This document shows, one piece after another, positions 22,169 to 31,223 of a DNA stretch of 64,000 nt. The notes below the pieces were generated by a model. That model ran no database searches. It had not been told where the DNA came from and saw only the letters and a list, made by a program, of their open reading frames with translations. Numbering within the stretch: the stretch's first letter is position 1; each line of letters opens with the position of its first letter. Source of the stretch: Escherichia coli. GTDB lineage: Bacteria > Pseudomonadota > Gammaproteobacteria > Enterobacterales > Enterobacteriaceae. The stretch lies in NCBI RefSeq assembly GCF_029227855.1, contig NZ_CP074358.1; one strand, given 5' to 3'. Made by a program: the position numbers and the translations under genes.

Positions 22169-22909
22169 ATGAACAATGTCATTCCCCTGCAGAATTCACC
22201 AGAACGCGTTTCCCTGTTACCCATTGCGCCGGGGGTGGATTTTGCAACAGCGCTCTCCCTTAGAAGAATGGCCACTTCCACGGGGGCCACACCGGCCTAC
22301 CTGCTGGCCCCGGAAGTGAGTGCCCTTCTCTTCTATATGCCGGATCAGCGTCACCATATGCTGTTCGCCACCCTCTGGAATACCGGAATGCGTATTGGCG
22401 AAGCCCGGATGCTGACGCCGGAATCATTTGACCTGGATGGAGTAAGACCGTTTGTGCGGATCCTGTCCGAAAAAGTGCGTGCGCGACGCGGACGCCCGCC
22501 AAAAGATGAAGTCCGCCTGGTTCCGCTGACGGATATAAGCTATGTCAGGCAGATGGAAAGCTGGATGATCACCACCCGGCCCCGTCGTCGTGAACCATTA
22601 TGGGCCGTGACCGACGAAACCATGCGCAACTGGCTGAAGCAGGCTGTCAGACGGGCCGAAGCTGACGGAGTACACTTTTCGATTCCGGTCACACCACACA
22701 CCTTCCGGCACAGCTATATCATGCACATGCTCTATCACCGCCAGCCCCGGAAAGTCATCCAGGCACTGGCTGGTCACAGGGATCCACGTTCGATGGAGGT
22801 TTATACCAGAGTGTTTGCACTGGATATGGCTGCCACGCTGGCAGTGCCTTTCACAGGTGACGGCCGGGATGCTGCGGAGATCCTGCGTACACTGCCTCCC
22901 CTGAAGTGA
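22169..22909 (+). CDS. int: Tyrosine site-specific recombinase associated with RepFIB (Int)
   Basis: 246-aa ORF with catalytic-domain motifs (HTFRHSY..HML...LAGH....M..Y) and clear paralogy to ResD at 35001..35792. Confidence 0.8.
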
Positions 22910-22914
22910 CGGCA

Positions 22915-23190
22915 TACGCGCTTCCTTATATAAGCTGTGGTCAGCAGAACAGACATAACATAAGCTGGAGCAGGTAGATAAGCTGTAGTGAGTAAACCAT
23001 GTTTTATGAAGGGAGCAATGCCTCAGCATCAGGTTACGGGGTGACTCACGTAAGGGACAGGCAGATGGCAGCTCAGCCACAGGCAGCACTGCAGGAAACT
23101 GAATATAAACAGCAGTGAGCAGACCACTCACTGCACCTGATAATATAAGCTGTAGTCAGTAAAGGAGCACTCTTCACTGACTACAGTTTA
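22915..23190. repeat. RepFIB iterons (ACAGCTTAT-containing repeats), set downstream of repA
   Basis: Multiple copies of ...TATAAGCTGTRGT... read in the sequence. Confidence 0.7.
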
Positions 23191-23193
23191 TGT

Positions 23194-24171
23194 TCAGCGG
23201 GATTTGAAGAGTTTTTCCAGGTCATCCAGTGTGATGCCCAGTTTTTCAAGCAGGGCAAGTTTCTCCGCCATCTCCGGACTGACTTTTTCCGCAGGTGAAG
23301 GTGGCAACGGATTTTCCTTACTCTCATCATTCGGCGCTTTTAACCGGGGACGCCGGTAGTGAATACAGAAGAATTTTGTCCGCCCCCGCTGGATCTCCGT
23401 GTAATCAAGATATCCAATCTCGCGCAACTGCTCCATTGCCCGTCTGACCGTCTGGTTCTGGGAAAATACAGGAGACTTCAGATTGAGGCGTGCACGCAGC
23501 CGCGCCAGCGATATCGGTGCCGGATCCCGGGGCAGGCTCTCTATAAAGGTGTAGAGTGCCTGGGCGGACTCCCGTCGCTTCAGGGCATTAATCGCCTTAA
23601 GCTGGAGAAGGACTTTTCTGTCAAACTGGTACAGTTCAAACAGGCGGGGATCAGCCTGTAACTGAACAATATCCCGCTCAGTATCGTAGTAGGCTGACTG
23701 TACCAGATGGGTGATGTATTCCCGGGTGTGCTTCTCATCGGTACGGGAAAACGAGATCACGGTACCGGCAATGCGCTTCAGGGAAGGGCTGATGCGCTCA
23801 CGCAGCCTGCGGGATGACTGGCTTGAAGGTATACCACACAGTTTTGCAAACTCAACAAAAGGCAGTTCAACTTTGTCACCAATCACGTTATGGCGGGCAA
23901 AGGAATGAATGATCCCCACCCAGGTCTTGAAATCGTTATCCATATCCAGGCGGGGGCCGGTGATCTCAACCTTATCGAATCCCTCAGCACGGGCCAGGGA
24001 AAGACGAGTCAGCTCTTCCGTGGCATCAGTACGTGACAGTGTATTTTTTTTACTGTTCTTCAGTGATTTAAGGGTCGGTACAAAAACGCCCAGACGCATC
24101 AGCGCCACAGGTTGTACGGTGTTGTTATTGTTTGGTGTCAGTGTCACCAGCTCACCGGACGACTTATCCAC
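23194..24171 (-). CDS. repA: RepFIB replication initiator RepA
   Basis: 325-aa ORF recognised as the RepFIB initiator, flanked by iterons on both sides. Confidence 0.85.
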   Translation of the reverse strand: MDKSSGELVTLTPNNNNTVQPVALMRLGVFVPTLKSLKNSKKNTLSRTDATEELTRLSLARAEGFDKVEITGPRLDMDNDFKTWVGIIHSFARHNVIGDKVELPFVEFAKLCGIPSSQSSRRLRERISPSLKRIAGTVISFSRTDEKHTREYITHLVQSAYYDTERDIVQLQADPRLFELYQFDRKVLLQLKAINALKRRESAQALYTFIESLPRDPAPISLARLRARLNLKSPVFSQNQTVRRAMEQLREIGYLDYTEIQRGRTKFFCIHYRRPRLKAPNDESKENPLPPSPAEKVSPEMAEKLALLEKLGITLDDLEKLFKSR

Positions 24172-24289
24172 CTCGCCGAACAGTTTTTTGATGTCTGAAT
24201 TTTCGTTTTCCAGAAAGCCTCCTGCCTGTGGACAGTAAAAGAATAAACAGAAAATCGTGTGTCAGAACCCCGTCAACTGACTGAAGAAA

Positions 24290-24450
24290 AACCTGCAGTC
24301 TGTATTTAACAACTGAGTCTGGCGTACTGACCATAGTTTATGTCATTAACTTACTTCAGTATATGCATTACTGAATACAGCTTATCATGAACCTGTTACA
24401 GTTTATCCATAACATGCCACAGCTTATGTGAACGTGGTCCCGGCCCATGA
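24290..24450. repeat. RepFIB iterons, set upstream of repA
   Basis: Repeated ACAGTTTAT / ACAGCTTAT motifs. Confidence 0.65.
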
Positions 24451-24492
24451 GTGACAAGGTTTGTAGCGATATGGGGATCTTTAATGGATCCT

Positions 24493-24954
24493 TTATTGAT
24501 CATTCATGGATCTATTTACTGGATCGGGCCTCTGGATATGTGGATAAATCATTCCGGAAAAACAGCATACACTACCGATTATGAAGGCTTCAGGGCGTAC
24601 CTGCTCACTGTGATTACAGATCCATTGCGCTTCCTCGCCGGTTCGCGGGCTTCGCCCGGTCACCGGTCTGCGGCGAGCACCGTTTTTTCTGAAGTCTGTC
24701 TTTACAGGTAATTTTTGACGGAATCTGCCGTACTTCCTGAGCGTACAGTCATATCCGAAATACACTTCATATGTTTGTTTCAACGCCAGAGGCGCATACA
24801 GACTGGCTCCATGAATATCCTGATGACAGGCACTGCTGCGCAGACACCGGTCATGGATGTAACGGAAATACCAGCTGAACCACAGGTCTTCCAGTCGGGG
24901 ACACTGAGTACAGGGCTGGAGCTTGTGGATACGTATCTCTGGATCTTCAAACAC
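24493..24954 (-). CDS. Hypothetical protein with Cys-rich N-terminus (CxxC...CxxxxxCH)
   Basis: 153-aa ORF, third gene of a same-strand cluster; zinc-ribbon-like cysteine spacing. Confidence 0.4.
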   Translation of the reverse strand: MFEDPEIRIHKLQPCTQCPRLEDLWFSWYFRYIHDRCLRSSACHQDIHGASLYAPLALKQTYEVYFGYDCTLRKYGRFRQKLPVKTDFRKNGARRRPVTGRSPRTGEEAQWICNHSEQVRPEAFIIGSVCCFSGMIYPHIQRPDPVNRSMNDQ

Positions 24955-25010
24955 TTTATGGAAGGAAAGGTGTTAACCAGATCCCTTGCCTGCCTGGTTT
25001 ATATCAAGCC

Positions 25011-25652
25011 CTATAGCGACAGGACGGACAGTGTCACCTTCCAGTCAGTAGCTAAACGATCTAAGGTGTTCCTGGACAAACTGCAGGAGCCAACGTCTGA
25101 AATGATAAATAAGCGAGGGAATATCTGGTGCTGGAAGAGTTGAGATGACTGGCACATTGGTATAAATCTTGCCGTCATTCTGATCAGTTTGTAACATTCT
25201 GTAATGATCACCATTGGCTGGCGATTTTTCTGTTCAGTAATGTAATTAACCTTATCTGATGCGCTGGCCACTATTCCATCAGCTGTACTGATGGCAGGCT
25301 CCCTGTTGAGGTCTGCCGCGAGCTGTCCGCCGGACTCAACGGGCTCTGCCACAATCCGGTTATGATAGCCTGGAAACTGATCAAGGGTCAGGTCGATATA
25401 GTCCCTGGCAGGGGCGGCAATGACGTGGCCGTATCTGCCAGGACCATTATCCCACTGCATACCGACAATACAGGAGTACAGGTTGCTGCCGTCTTCCGTC
25501 AGATAATCAGTCAGCGTCTGGCTGGCCAGCTCGCTGCAACCGGCCGGGAAATCCTTCAGGTGATCATACCCGGCGGTGAGAGAAGCCTCACAGGAAGTCA
25601 GCTCCAGAGCATGTCGGAAGGCCTGCAGGCGGGTCCAGGTGTCCGCATTCAC
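25011..25652 (-). CDS. Hypothetical protein
   Basis: 213-aa ORF with GTG start at 25650-25652 overlapping the stop of the upstream small ORF. Confidence 0.45.
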   Translation of the reverse strand: MNADTWTRLQAFRHALELTSCEASLTAGYDHLKDFPAGCSELASQTLTDYLTEDGSNLYSCIVGMQWDNGPGRYGHVIAAPARDYIDLTLDQFPGYHNRIVAEPVESGGQLAADLNREPAISTADGIVASASDKVNYITEQKNRQPMVIITECYKLIRMTARFIPMCQSSQLFQHQIFPRLFIISDVGSCSLSRNTLDRLATDWKVTLSVLSL

Positions 25653-25789
25653 TTTTTCACCTTCCCGTCATGACGGGCCAGGGACTGAAGTTTACGGACG
25701 TCCTCCCGGGATCCTTTCAGCTCAGCTTTCGTATCCAGCAGCTGCGCCGCCAGCGGTCTTTTTCCCGGGAGCCGACTTTCCTGGCACAT
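25649..25789 (-). CDS. Small hypothetical protein (46 aa), translationally coupled to the 213-aa gene
   Basis: ATG at 25787-25789, stop TGA at 25649-25651 overlapping the next start; below the ORF-track size cut-off. Confidence 0.3.
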   Translation of the reverse strand: MCQESRLPGKRPLAAQLLDTKAELKGSREDVRKLQSLARHDGKVKK

Positions 25790-25802
25790 ATTCTTTTCGC
25801 AG

Positions 25803-25825
25803 TTATCCCCAGAATCTGTGGATAA
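25803..25825. promoter_or_regulatory. Inverted pair of DnaA-box-like sequences (TTATCCCCA ... TGTGGATAA)
   Basis: TGTGGATAA matches the DnaA box consensus; located in the RepFIB region just upstream of the small ORF. Confidence 0.55.
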
Positions 25826-26039
25826 CTGTTGCTCCTCTTTTGAGAGAGAAGGCTTTACTCACCGCCTGAATGCGGCAGATATGTCTGGACGATATATCTG
25901 CATACGCCGGTACTGCTTCGTCAGATTGCACGGCAGGTGAATTGCCGGGCTGGTACCATACCATATTTGCGCCGAACCCGTCCGGGGCGGTGCCGATAAC
26001 AGATGTTAAATGATTGGTCGTTTTTACATCTGTAAAAGC

Positions 26040-26074
26040 AACAGGGCCCCATGATTATATCATGGGGCCCTGTT
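26040..26074. terminator. Long perfect hairpin (ACAGGGCCCCATGA-loop-TCATGGGGCCCTGT)
   Basis: 14-bp perfect inverted repeat with a short AT loop at the transition from the RepFIB block into the AT-rich intergenic region. Confidence 0.5.
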
Positions 26075-26691
26075 ACTCTGATTCTTCGCAATAGATTGCT
26101 CTGAATTAGATGCGCCTTCTCCATATAGACTAACAGTTCTATATTATTTTACCATCTTTAAATGTGTAAGAGTTTTCTGTTTTTTATTGGTGTTTATCTG
26201 TATTTTTTGTTTTAGGAACGTTTTTGTAAGAATTATCTTTTATATTTGAGGTGATATCTTATTGTGGTTGTTGTAATAGTTTAGAGTCGTAATAAATATG
26301 ATTGATCGCCACTTTAAATGAAGTTAATCTACTGGAGATGAAGTAACTTCATTAATGCGTCATAAAAATAAAAATTCCTGTTTTGGGAAATATGAATGTG
26401 TCTGTCCCCTCCTTCGGGAGGGTGTTTTTTATCTGGAAACTGGTTTCTGGTTCTGATTTTTCTTTTTGTATTATAGCGAGTTACGCATATTTACCAATCG
26501 ATGTCTGGCAAACAGAGTATGGCGATGGTGTGATTTGTGTTTATTGGTAAAAAAAACACCCCCGTAGTGGGGGTGTTGAAACTTCAACCTATGTACTCAT
26601 TATCCTTGGATGGATGAGTAGCGTGCGATATTGAATCATATTCAGCAGGAATAATAATATTCGCAAAAAAATGGATGTGCAAGGAAATTTT

Positions 26692-26859
26692 TTATATGCT
26701 TTTGTGTGTGGTGGTTAGGTAATCAAGAAGATAAATGATGAAGTGTGCCAGTTCAGGATCAATGTTTCCATGGGAAAGCCATTTATTAATAATATCAATT
26801 AAGTTCGAAAGCTCAGGGAAGATTTGTTCAATGTTTTCCTCTGTCTCCCGCACAGTCAT
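26692..26859 (-). CDS. Small hypothetical protein (about 55 aa)
   Basis: Internal start MTVRETEEN... within track ORF 26692..26907; lies in an otherwise ORF-poor AT-rich region. Confidence 0.3.
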   Translation of the reverse strand: MTVRETEENIEQIFPELSNLIDIINKWLSHGNIDPELAHFIIYLLDYLTTTHKSI

Positions 26860-27245
26860 ATAGCGACGTCTCCTTGGGGATTGAAAACAAAAACAATAAT
26901 ACAACAAGTATGAAACAGAAGGTAGGTGGCAGGGGCGGAACAGGAAAACGCATGAGGGCGCTTCCTGGGGGAGATGCCTGGTATCTTTAGGGTTCAGTTT
27001 TGAGATCGGGAATTTTTGTACATTAAGTGCATTATTTAATCAATTGAAACGCGTAATGGATTGATTTTATCAGCAACTATCGCGTTTAAGTTGTCGATCA
27101 TATTTGAGTTGTCTCATTAAGGTCGAATCCCCTGAAAGCGGCGTATAACGTAGGAGTTCCCCTCTATAGCAATAGGTAAGGCTGTTCAAAAAAGGCTTAC
27201 CGTACAATAATTCGCTATATCCAGACGGCCCCCCTTGTCATACAA

Positions 27246-27400
27246 GCTCGTAAGCGGCCCTGACGGCCTGTCAATGCGGTACTGCCCTGTCGGGACTGCT
27301 CTACCCACATAAGTTTCTACATAGCTTGAAGCTGGATGGGGAGGTATTACGGCTTTAGCCGTAATACTTTCTTCGTCCTCGCAGCGCTGACAGTTTTCAG
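27246..27400 (+). repeat. Unassigned conserved element, copy B (paralogue of 394-585)
   Basis: Identical 23-nt core at 27246-27268, shared blocks after it, and a perfect 10-bp hairpin GTATTACGGC-TTTA-GCCGTAATAC. Confidence 0.5.
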
Positions 27401-27767
27401 GGATCAAATTTAGGTCCGCCATACACTCCGTAAAGACTCTGTCAGTTCACAGGTATTACCTAGTGAAGACGTATCATAAAATGAAAACTGTAGTTGGGTA
27501 GTTGCTCCCCCTCACGGCATGCAGGGGCTGAGGGGGAAAATTTCCTTATCTTGTTGTTGCTATTTCTGGCTTAGTCAGTTTTGAATTTTGCTTCCTAAGC
27601 AATAATCCCCTCACCGCAACAATCGTTCTTCTACACTAATAAGATCCGAAAAAAGGTAAAACCGGAACTTAATGAAATTACGGAGAATTTGACTGATATC
27701 CACTACCCCATTCTTCCGGCGTGCTATCTATACAGGCTGGTACATCTCATTTAGTCCGGAGGTTGTT

Positions 27768-28058
27768 ATGGGCGTCAAAATCACAGGTTTAGACAAAATG
27801 CAGAAACAGCTAAAAGAGGTTGAGAGAGCAACGGAGGCCTTAAACGGAAGTTATGATGTTCGTTTTGATGCTAACGATCCTAGCAGCATTGAGAACGCAA
27901 TTCAGGAAGCCTACTCCATGGTGGACGAACGCGCTTCTGGTTATGCCACTAATCCTATGGTCAGTCCATTAATCGAACACATGAAAGAAAATCTGCGCCA
28001 ACAGATTCTGGACAGTGCAGAACAACAAAGACAGGAGAGCGGACAGGATGGCGATTGA
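27768..28058 (+). CDS. Small hypothetical protein (96 aa), first gene of a coupled pair
   Basis: GGAGG 6 nt upstream of ATG 27768; stop overlaps the start of the TIR-like gene (ATGGCGATTGA). Confidence 0.6.
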   Translation: MGVKITGLDKMQKQLKEVERATEALNGSYDVRFDANDPSSIENAIQEAYSMVDERASGYATNPMVSPLIEHMKENLRQQILDSAEQQRQESGQDGD

Positions 28059-28947
28059 TATCTTTCAGTCACTTAAAAATTGCGTATTCGACCTTCAGCG
28101 CGCTGACGTTCAGAACTATCAGCAACCTCTTAAGCAATTGGCCCGGCTCTTGAACTCAGAGAATCTGCAGTCAGTTAATGCACATCTGACCCGCAATGTT
28201 GAACTTGATACCTTTCTGGCCAGGAGTGAAGATACTGAATCCAGCATGGCTGGTTCCGCTGTTCTACAGTGGCCTGATGAGCCCGCTGATATTTTGGGCC
28301 TGAAGTTGCTGCTGATCGAGAAAATGGCAGACGATAACAATTTTTCCTTTAATTTCTGTCATACATTTTTCTATGATCGAAACATTATTGAATCCATTCG
28401 AAAATTCACGTCGTCATTAGTTGCCCCGTTCGTGCGCGATTACCAGTTGTATGTGGAAAACCAACACGATCCTGAGCCTGCAGTGTTTCGGCCGGTTTCC
28501 CGAAAAATTTTTATTGTTCATGGCCATGATAATGATGCCCTTCAGTCTGTTGCCCGTTTTATATCCCGGATAGGTCTTGAGGAAATCATTCTTTCAGAAC
28601 GTCCTGACGGCTCCAGGACGATTATCGAGAAATTTGAAGCAGAGTCAGGGGATGTCAGTTTTGCCATCGTGCTGATGACGCCCGACGATAGCGGCAGTGC
28701 TCTGGCATCTGAAAGCACACGTCTCCGCGCACGCCAGAATGTCCTGTATGAGCTCGGATATTTCGCCGGGAAGCTTGGACGCGGGAAAGTACTTGTACTC
28801 AGGAAGGGAGATATCGAAATCCCTTCAGATCTTGCCGGGGTTCTCTATACCGAGCTTGATGAGCATGGTGGATGGAAACGCAAACTGCTGAGTGAGCTTG
28901 CGTATGCCGGTGTTCCTTTTGACAAGGATAAAGCATTAAGCGCCTGA
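28048..28947 (+). CDS. Protein with C-terminal TIR-like domain (CAP12/PycTIR-type, predicted nucleotide-binding TIR-like)
   Basis: C-terminal motifs FIVHGHDNDA ... LYELGYFAGKLG...VLVL recalled as hallmarks of the TIR-like family; N-terminal 150 aa unassigned. Confidence 0.65.
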   Translation: MAIDIFQSLKNCVFDLQRADVQNYQQPLKQLARLLNSENLQSVNAHLTRNVELDTFLARSEDTESSMAGSAVLQWPDEPADILGLKLLLIEKMADDNNFSFNFCHTFFYDRNIIESIRKFTSSLVAPFVRDYQLYVENQHDPEPAVFRPVSRKIFIVHGHDNDALQSVARFISRIGLEEIILSERPDGSRTIIEKFEAESGDVSFAIVLMTPDDSGSALASESTRLRARQNVLYELGYFAGKLGRGKVLVLRKGDIEIPSDLAGVLYTELDEHGGWKRKLLSELAYAGVPFDKDKALSA

Positions 28948-28968
28948 TCTCCTTCATTTAGTAAGAAA

Positions 28969-28987
28969 AAGGCCGCTAAGCGGCCTT
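28969..28987. terminator. Bidirectional rho-independent terminator between convergent operons
   Basis: Hairpin AAGGCCGC-TAA-GCGGCCTT flanked by an A-run upstream and a T-run downstream. Confidence 0.7.
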
Positions 28988-28996
28988 AATTTTTGG

Positions 28997-31222
28997 TCAG
29001 TCGTCATTTTCCAGCGCTGTTTTGAGCGCTTCCTGCTCCGGAGTCAGCTCGTTGCCGGACAGCATAACCTTCAACTTCTCTTCGACTGCTGGCCAGTCAT
29101 CAAAGAACGGACTGACCTGGTCACGCGCAATCCGGCGATATGCCCCTCGGTGGGAGCTGAAGACACTGGTCTGTAATCGTATCAACAGGTTAACAAGGCC
29201 TTCATCAGTGGTAGTAACTTCTCTGACCCATTGCTTCACGGTTTCACCTGAACTCATGTCTCTCCAGGCGTAGAGATACCCGAGAAGAGACTTGCGCAGG
29301 AGAAGCTGTTGCTGAAGTTCTGGTTGATTCATACGTTCCGCAAACCTGTCACGCAACCGTTCCGTAATATCGCGACTGAAAAGAGCATCTGAAGGCGAAG
29401 GTACTGCATTCTGAGCAAGTCCATGTTCCCAGATAAGATCCCGCATAAAATCGGCTATCCAGAACGGCGAAGCACCCGTAACGATCAGTTTTTCCATAAG
29501 CGTGATCGTTCTGGTCTCATCAATATCCTGCATATGCTTCAGCAGATGCCGTACAACCTCATTAATGGCCATTTCACGCAGGGAAAACCATGGGTTACGG
29601 ATACTGAAGCGAGTGCTCACCTCATCGGTGTGCTCGAAGAAAAAATGAACCAGTCCTGCGCACTCTTCGAAATTACGTTCTCTTATCAGGCCTGGAGTCA
29701 GTCTGCTCAGTATATGTTCAAACCAGGTTCCGGACAGACTGCCCACACTGTTGATTTTTGAGAGCAGCAATTCAGAAAGCTGCTGCTGTTTTTCCGATAC
29801 GCCAGCCTGTTCAAAAAGCTGTCTGAAGAATTCAGGTGGCAGAACATTCTGTGGTGAGGAGAAGGCAAAATAATATCGCCAGTGCGTCAGGCTGCTGAGT
29901 CGTTTACCGGTCGTCTGGATATGACGAAAATCCTCACTGACGGGCTCAAAAAGATTCAGATATTCATCATTATGTCCACTGATACCTGGGATCCAGTCTG
30001 CAAGTGTCAGAAACGAGTCTGCATTTGATGCCCTGAACGTCTTCATACATCTGATAAGCCCCTCCCGGAAGTCTGCTTTCTCTCCGTCAGAAAGCATACC
30101 CTGACCGGTTTCAATCACGGACCGTTCTGTCAGGTAATGCTCTGTCCAGTCATACAGAGCCGGGTTTGTCACCCGTATAAGCTGAAGCAGGCACAAATCA
30201 GGGAAATAAACAAAATCCCGCATCCCCGGATAAAGAAAAATCAGGGAATTAATGGCCTGATGGATTTCCCGTGGCGTCGAAAGTGCGGCACCATAGGTAT
30301 CAGTCACCGCGATGAGATCCCTTACCATTCCAGAGTCTGGCGGTTGATTATTAATTTGCTGATATAGAGCCTCAGCCCGCTGGCGAAATTCATTACGTAA
30401 ATCAAAGGCTTCAGGTCGGGGTAATTTAAAACTAAGCTGAATGATTTTCTGGAGATAACGGCTGCCATCTTCGATATTCAGCGCATGTTCAACGGCATGA
30501 GTGATAATCTGCCTGTCATAACAGAGAATATGGGTAAAGCGGGGCAGATCGGCTACTGCACGCACAAGCCTGAACACTTCCGCCACCTGGGATGGCTCCA
30601 GTCGGTCCAGATCATCCATGACAACAATGAACTTCAGATCCAGACTCACCAGTTGTCCTGCAATTTCAGCCCGAAGCTTTGTCGTGGTTTTCTGATCAAC
30701 AGCCAGACGGCTGTCTGAAAATACCTTTATTCCGCCTGCTATCCAGTTAATAATGCTGGAAAACTGTCCGATATATTGAACCAGTGGAAGGACGCGCGAT
30801 GAAGTATCCTGAGCATACTCAATCACTTTTTGAGCTTCCGGTGACAACAGATATTTACGCCAGAGCTTTTTGAAGCCCTTCGGGGGATAGCGTATTTCCA
30901 TTTCCTGCTGGATAACCGTGGCAACCGGAAGAAAGAGCGCTTCAACCGGACTGCCGCCACTCAGCCAGGGAGAAATATGCAGCACATGTGTGTGAGCATC
31001 TTTTTTCAGGGCAAGGTTTCTCAGGATCAGATTAAGGAGGCTTGTTTTACCCGATCCCCATGCACCTTCTATTCCGACAACATTTGAAGCCTCCAGAGGA
31101 AGAGTAAGGATGGAACGGGATATATTTTCTGCGATATTACCGAAACCGTATCGATCCTCAGGTACATCTTCAACTGCCGCATCAAGCCCTTTCTGGTTCC
31201 ACAGCTGCCTCAGTATCTTCAT
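28997..31222 (-). CDS. KAP-family P-loop NTPase
   Basis: 741-aa ORF with Walker A GIEGAWGSGKTSLLN and Walker B-like IVVMDDLDR, large helical C-terminal region. Confidence 0.7.
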   Translation of the reverse strand: MKILRQLWNQKGLDAAVEDVPEDRYGFGNIAENISRSILTLPLEASNVVGIEGAWGSGKTSLLNLILRNLALKKDAHTHVLHISPWLSGGSPVEALFLPVATVIQQEMEIRYPPKGFKKLWRKYLLSPEAQKVIEYAQDTSSRVLPLVQYIGQFSSIINWIAGGIKVFSDSRLAVDQKTTTKLRAEIAGQLVSLDLKFIVVMDDLDRLEPSQVAEVFRLVRAVADLPRFTHILCYDRQIITHAVEHALNIEDGSRYLQKIIQLSFKLPRPEAFDLRNEFRQRAEALYQQINNQPPDSGMVRDLIAVTDTYGAALSTPREIHQAINSLIFLYPGMRDFVYFPDLCLLQLIRVTNPALYDWTEHYLTERSVIETGQGMLSDGEKADFREGLIRCMKTFRASNADSFLTLADWIPGISGHNDEYLNLFEPVSEDFRHIQTTGKRLSSLTHWRYYFAFSSPQNVLPPEFFRQLFEQAGVSEKQQQLSELLLSKINSVGSLSGTWFEHILSRLTPGLIRERNFEECAGLVHFFFEHTDEVSTRFSIRNPWFSLREMAINEVVRHLLKHMQDIDETRTITLMEKLIVTGASPFWIADFMRDLIWEHGLAQNAVPSPSDALFSRDITERLRDRFAERMNQPELQQQLLLRKSLLGYLYAWRDMSSGETVKQWVREVTTTDEGLVNLLIRLQTSVFSSHRGAYRRIARDQVSPFFDDWPAVEEKLKVMLSGNELTPEQEALKTALENDD

Positions 31223-31223
31223 A

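Noticed and set aside
27186-27422. 78-aa minus-strand ORF over element copy B, and a retron (msr-msd) interpretation given the adjacent TIR-like gene
   Set aside because: The ORF has no counterpart in the same frame in copy A, and no reverse transcriptase gene exists between the element and the TIR-like pair, so a retron call is unsupported.
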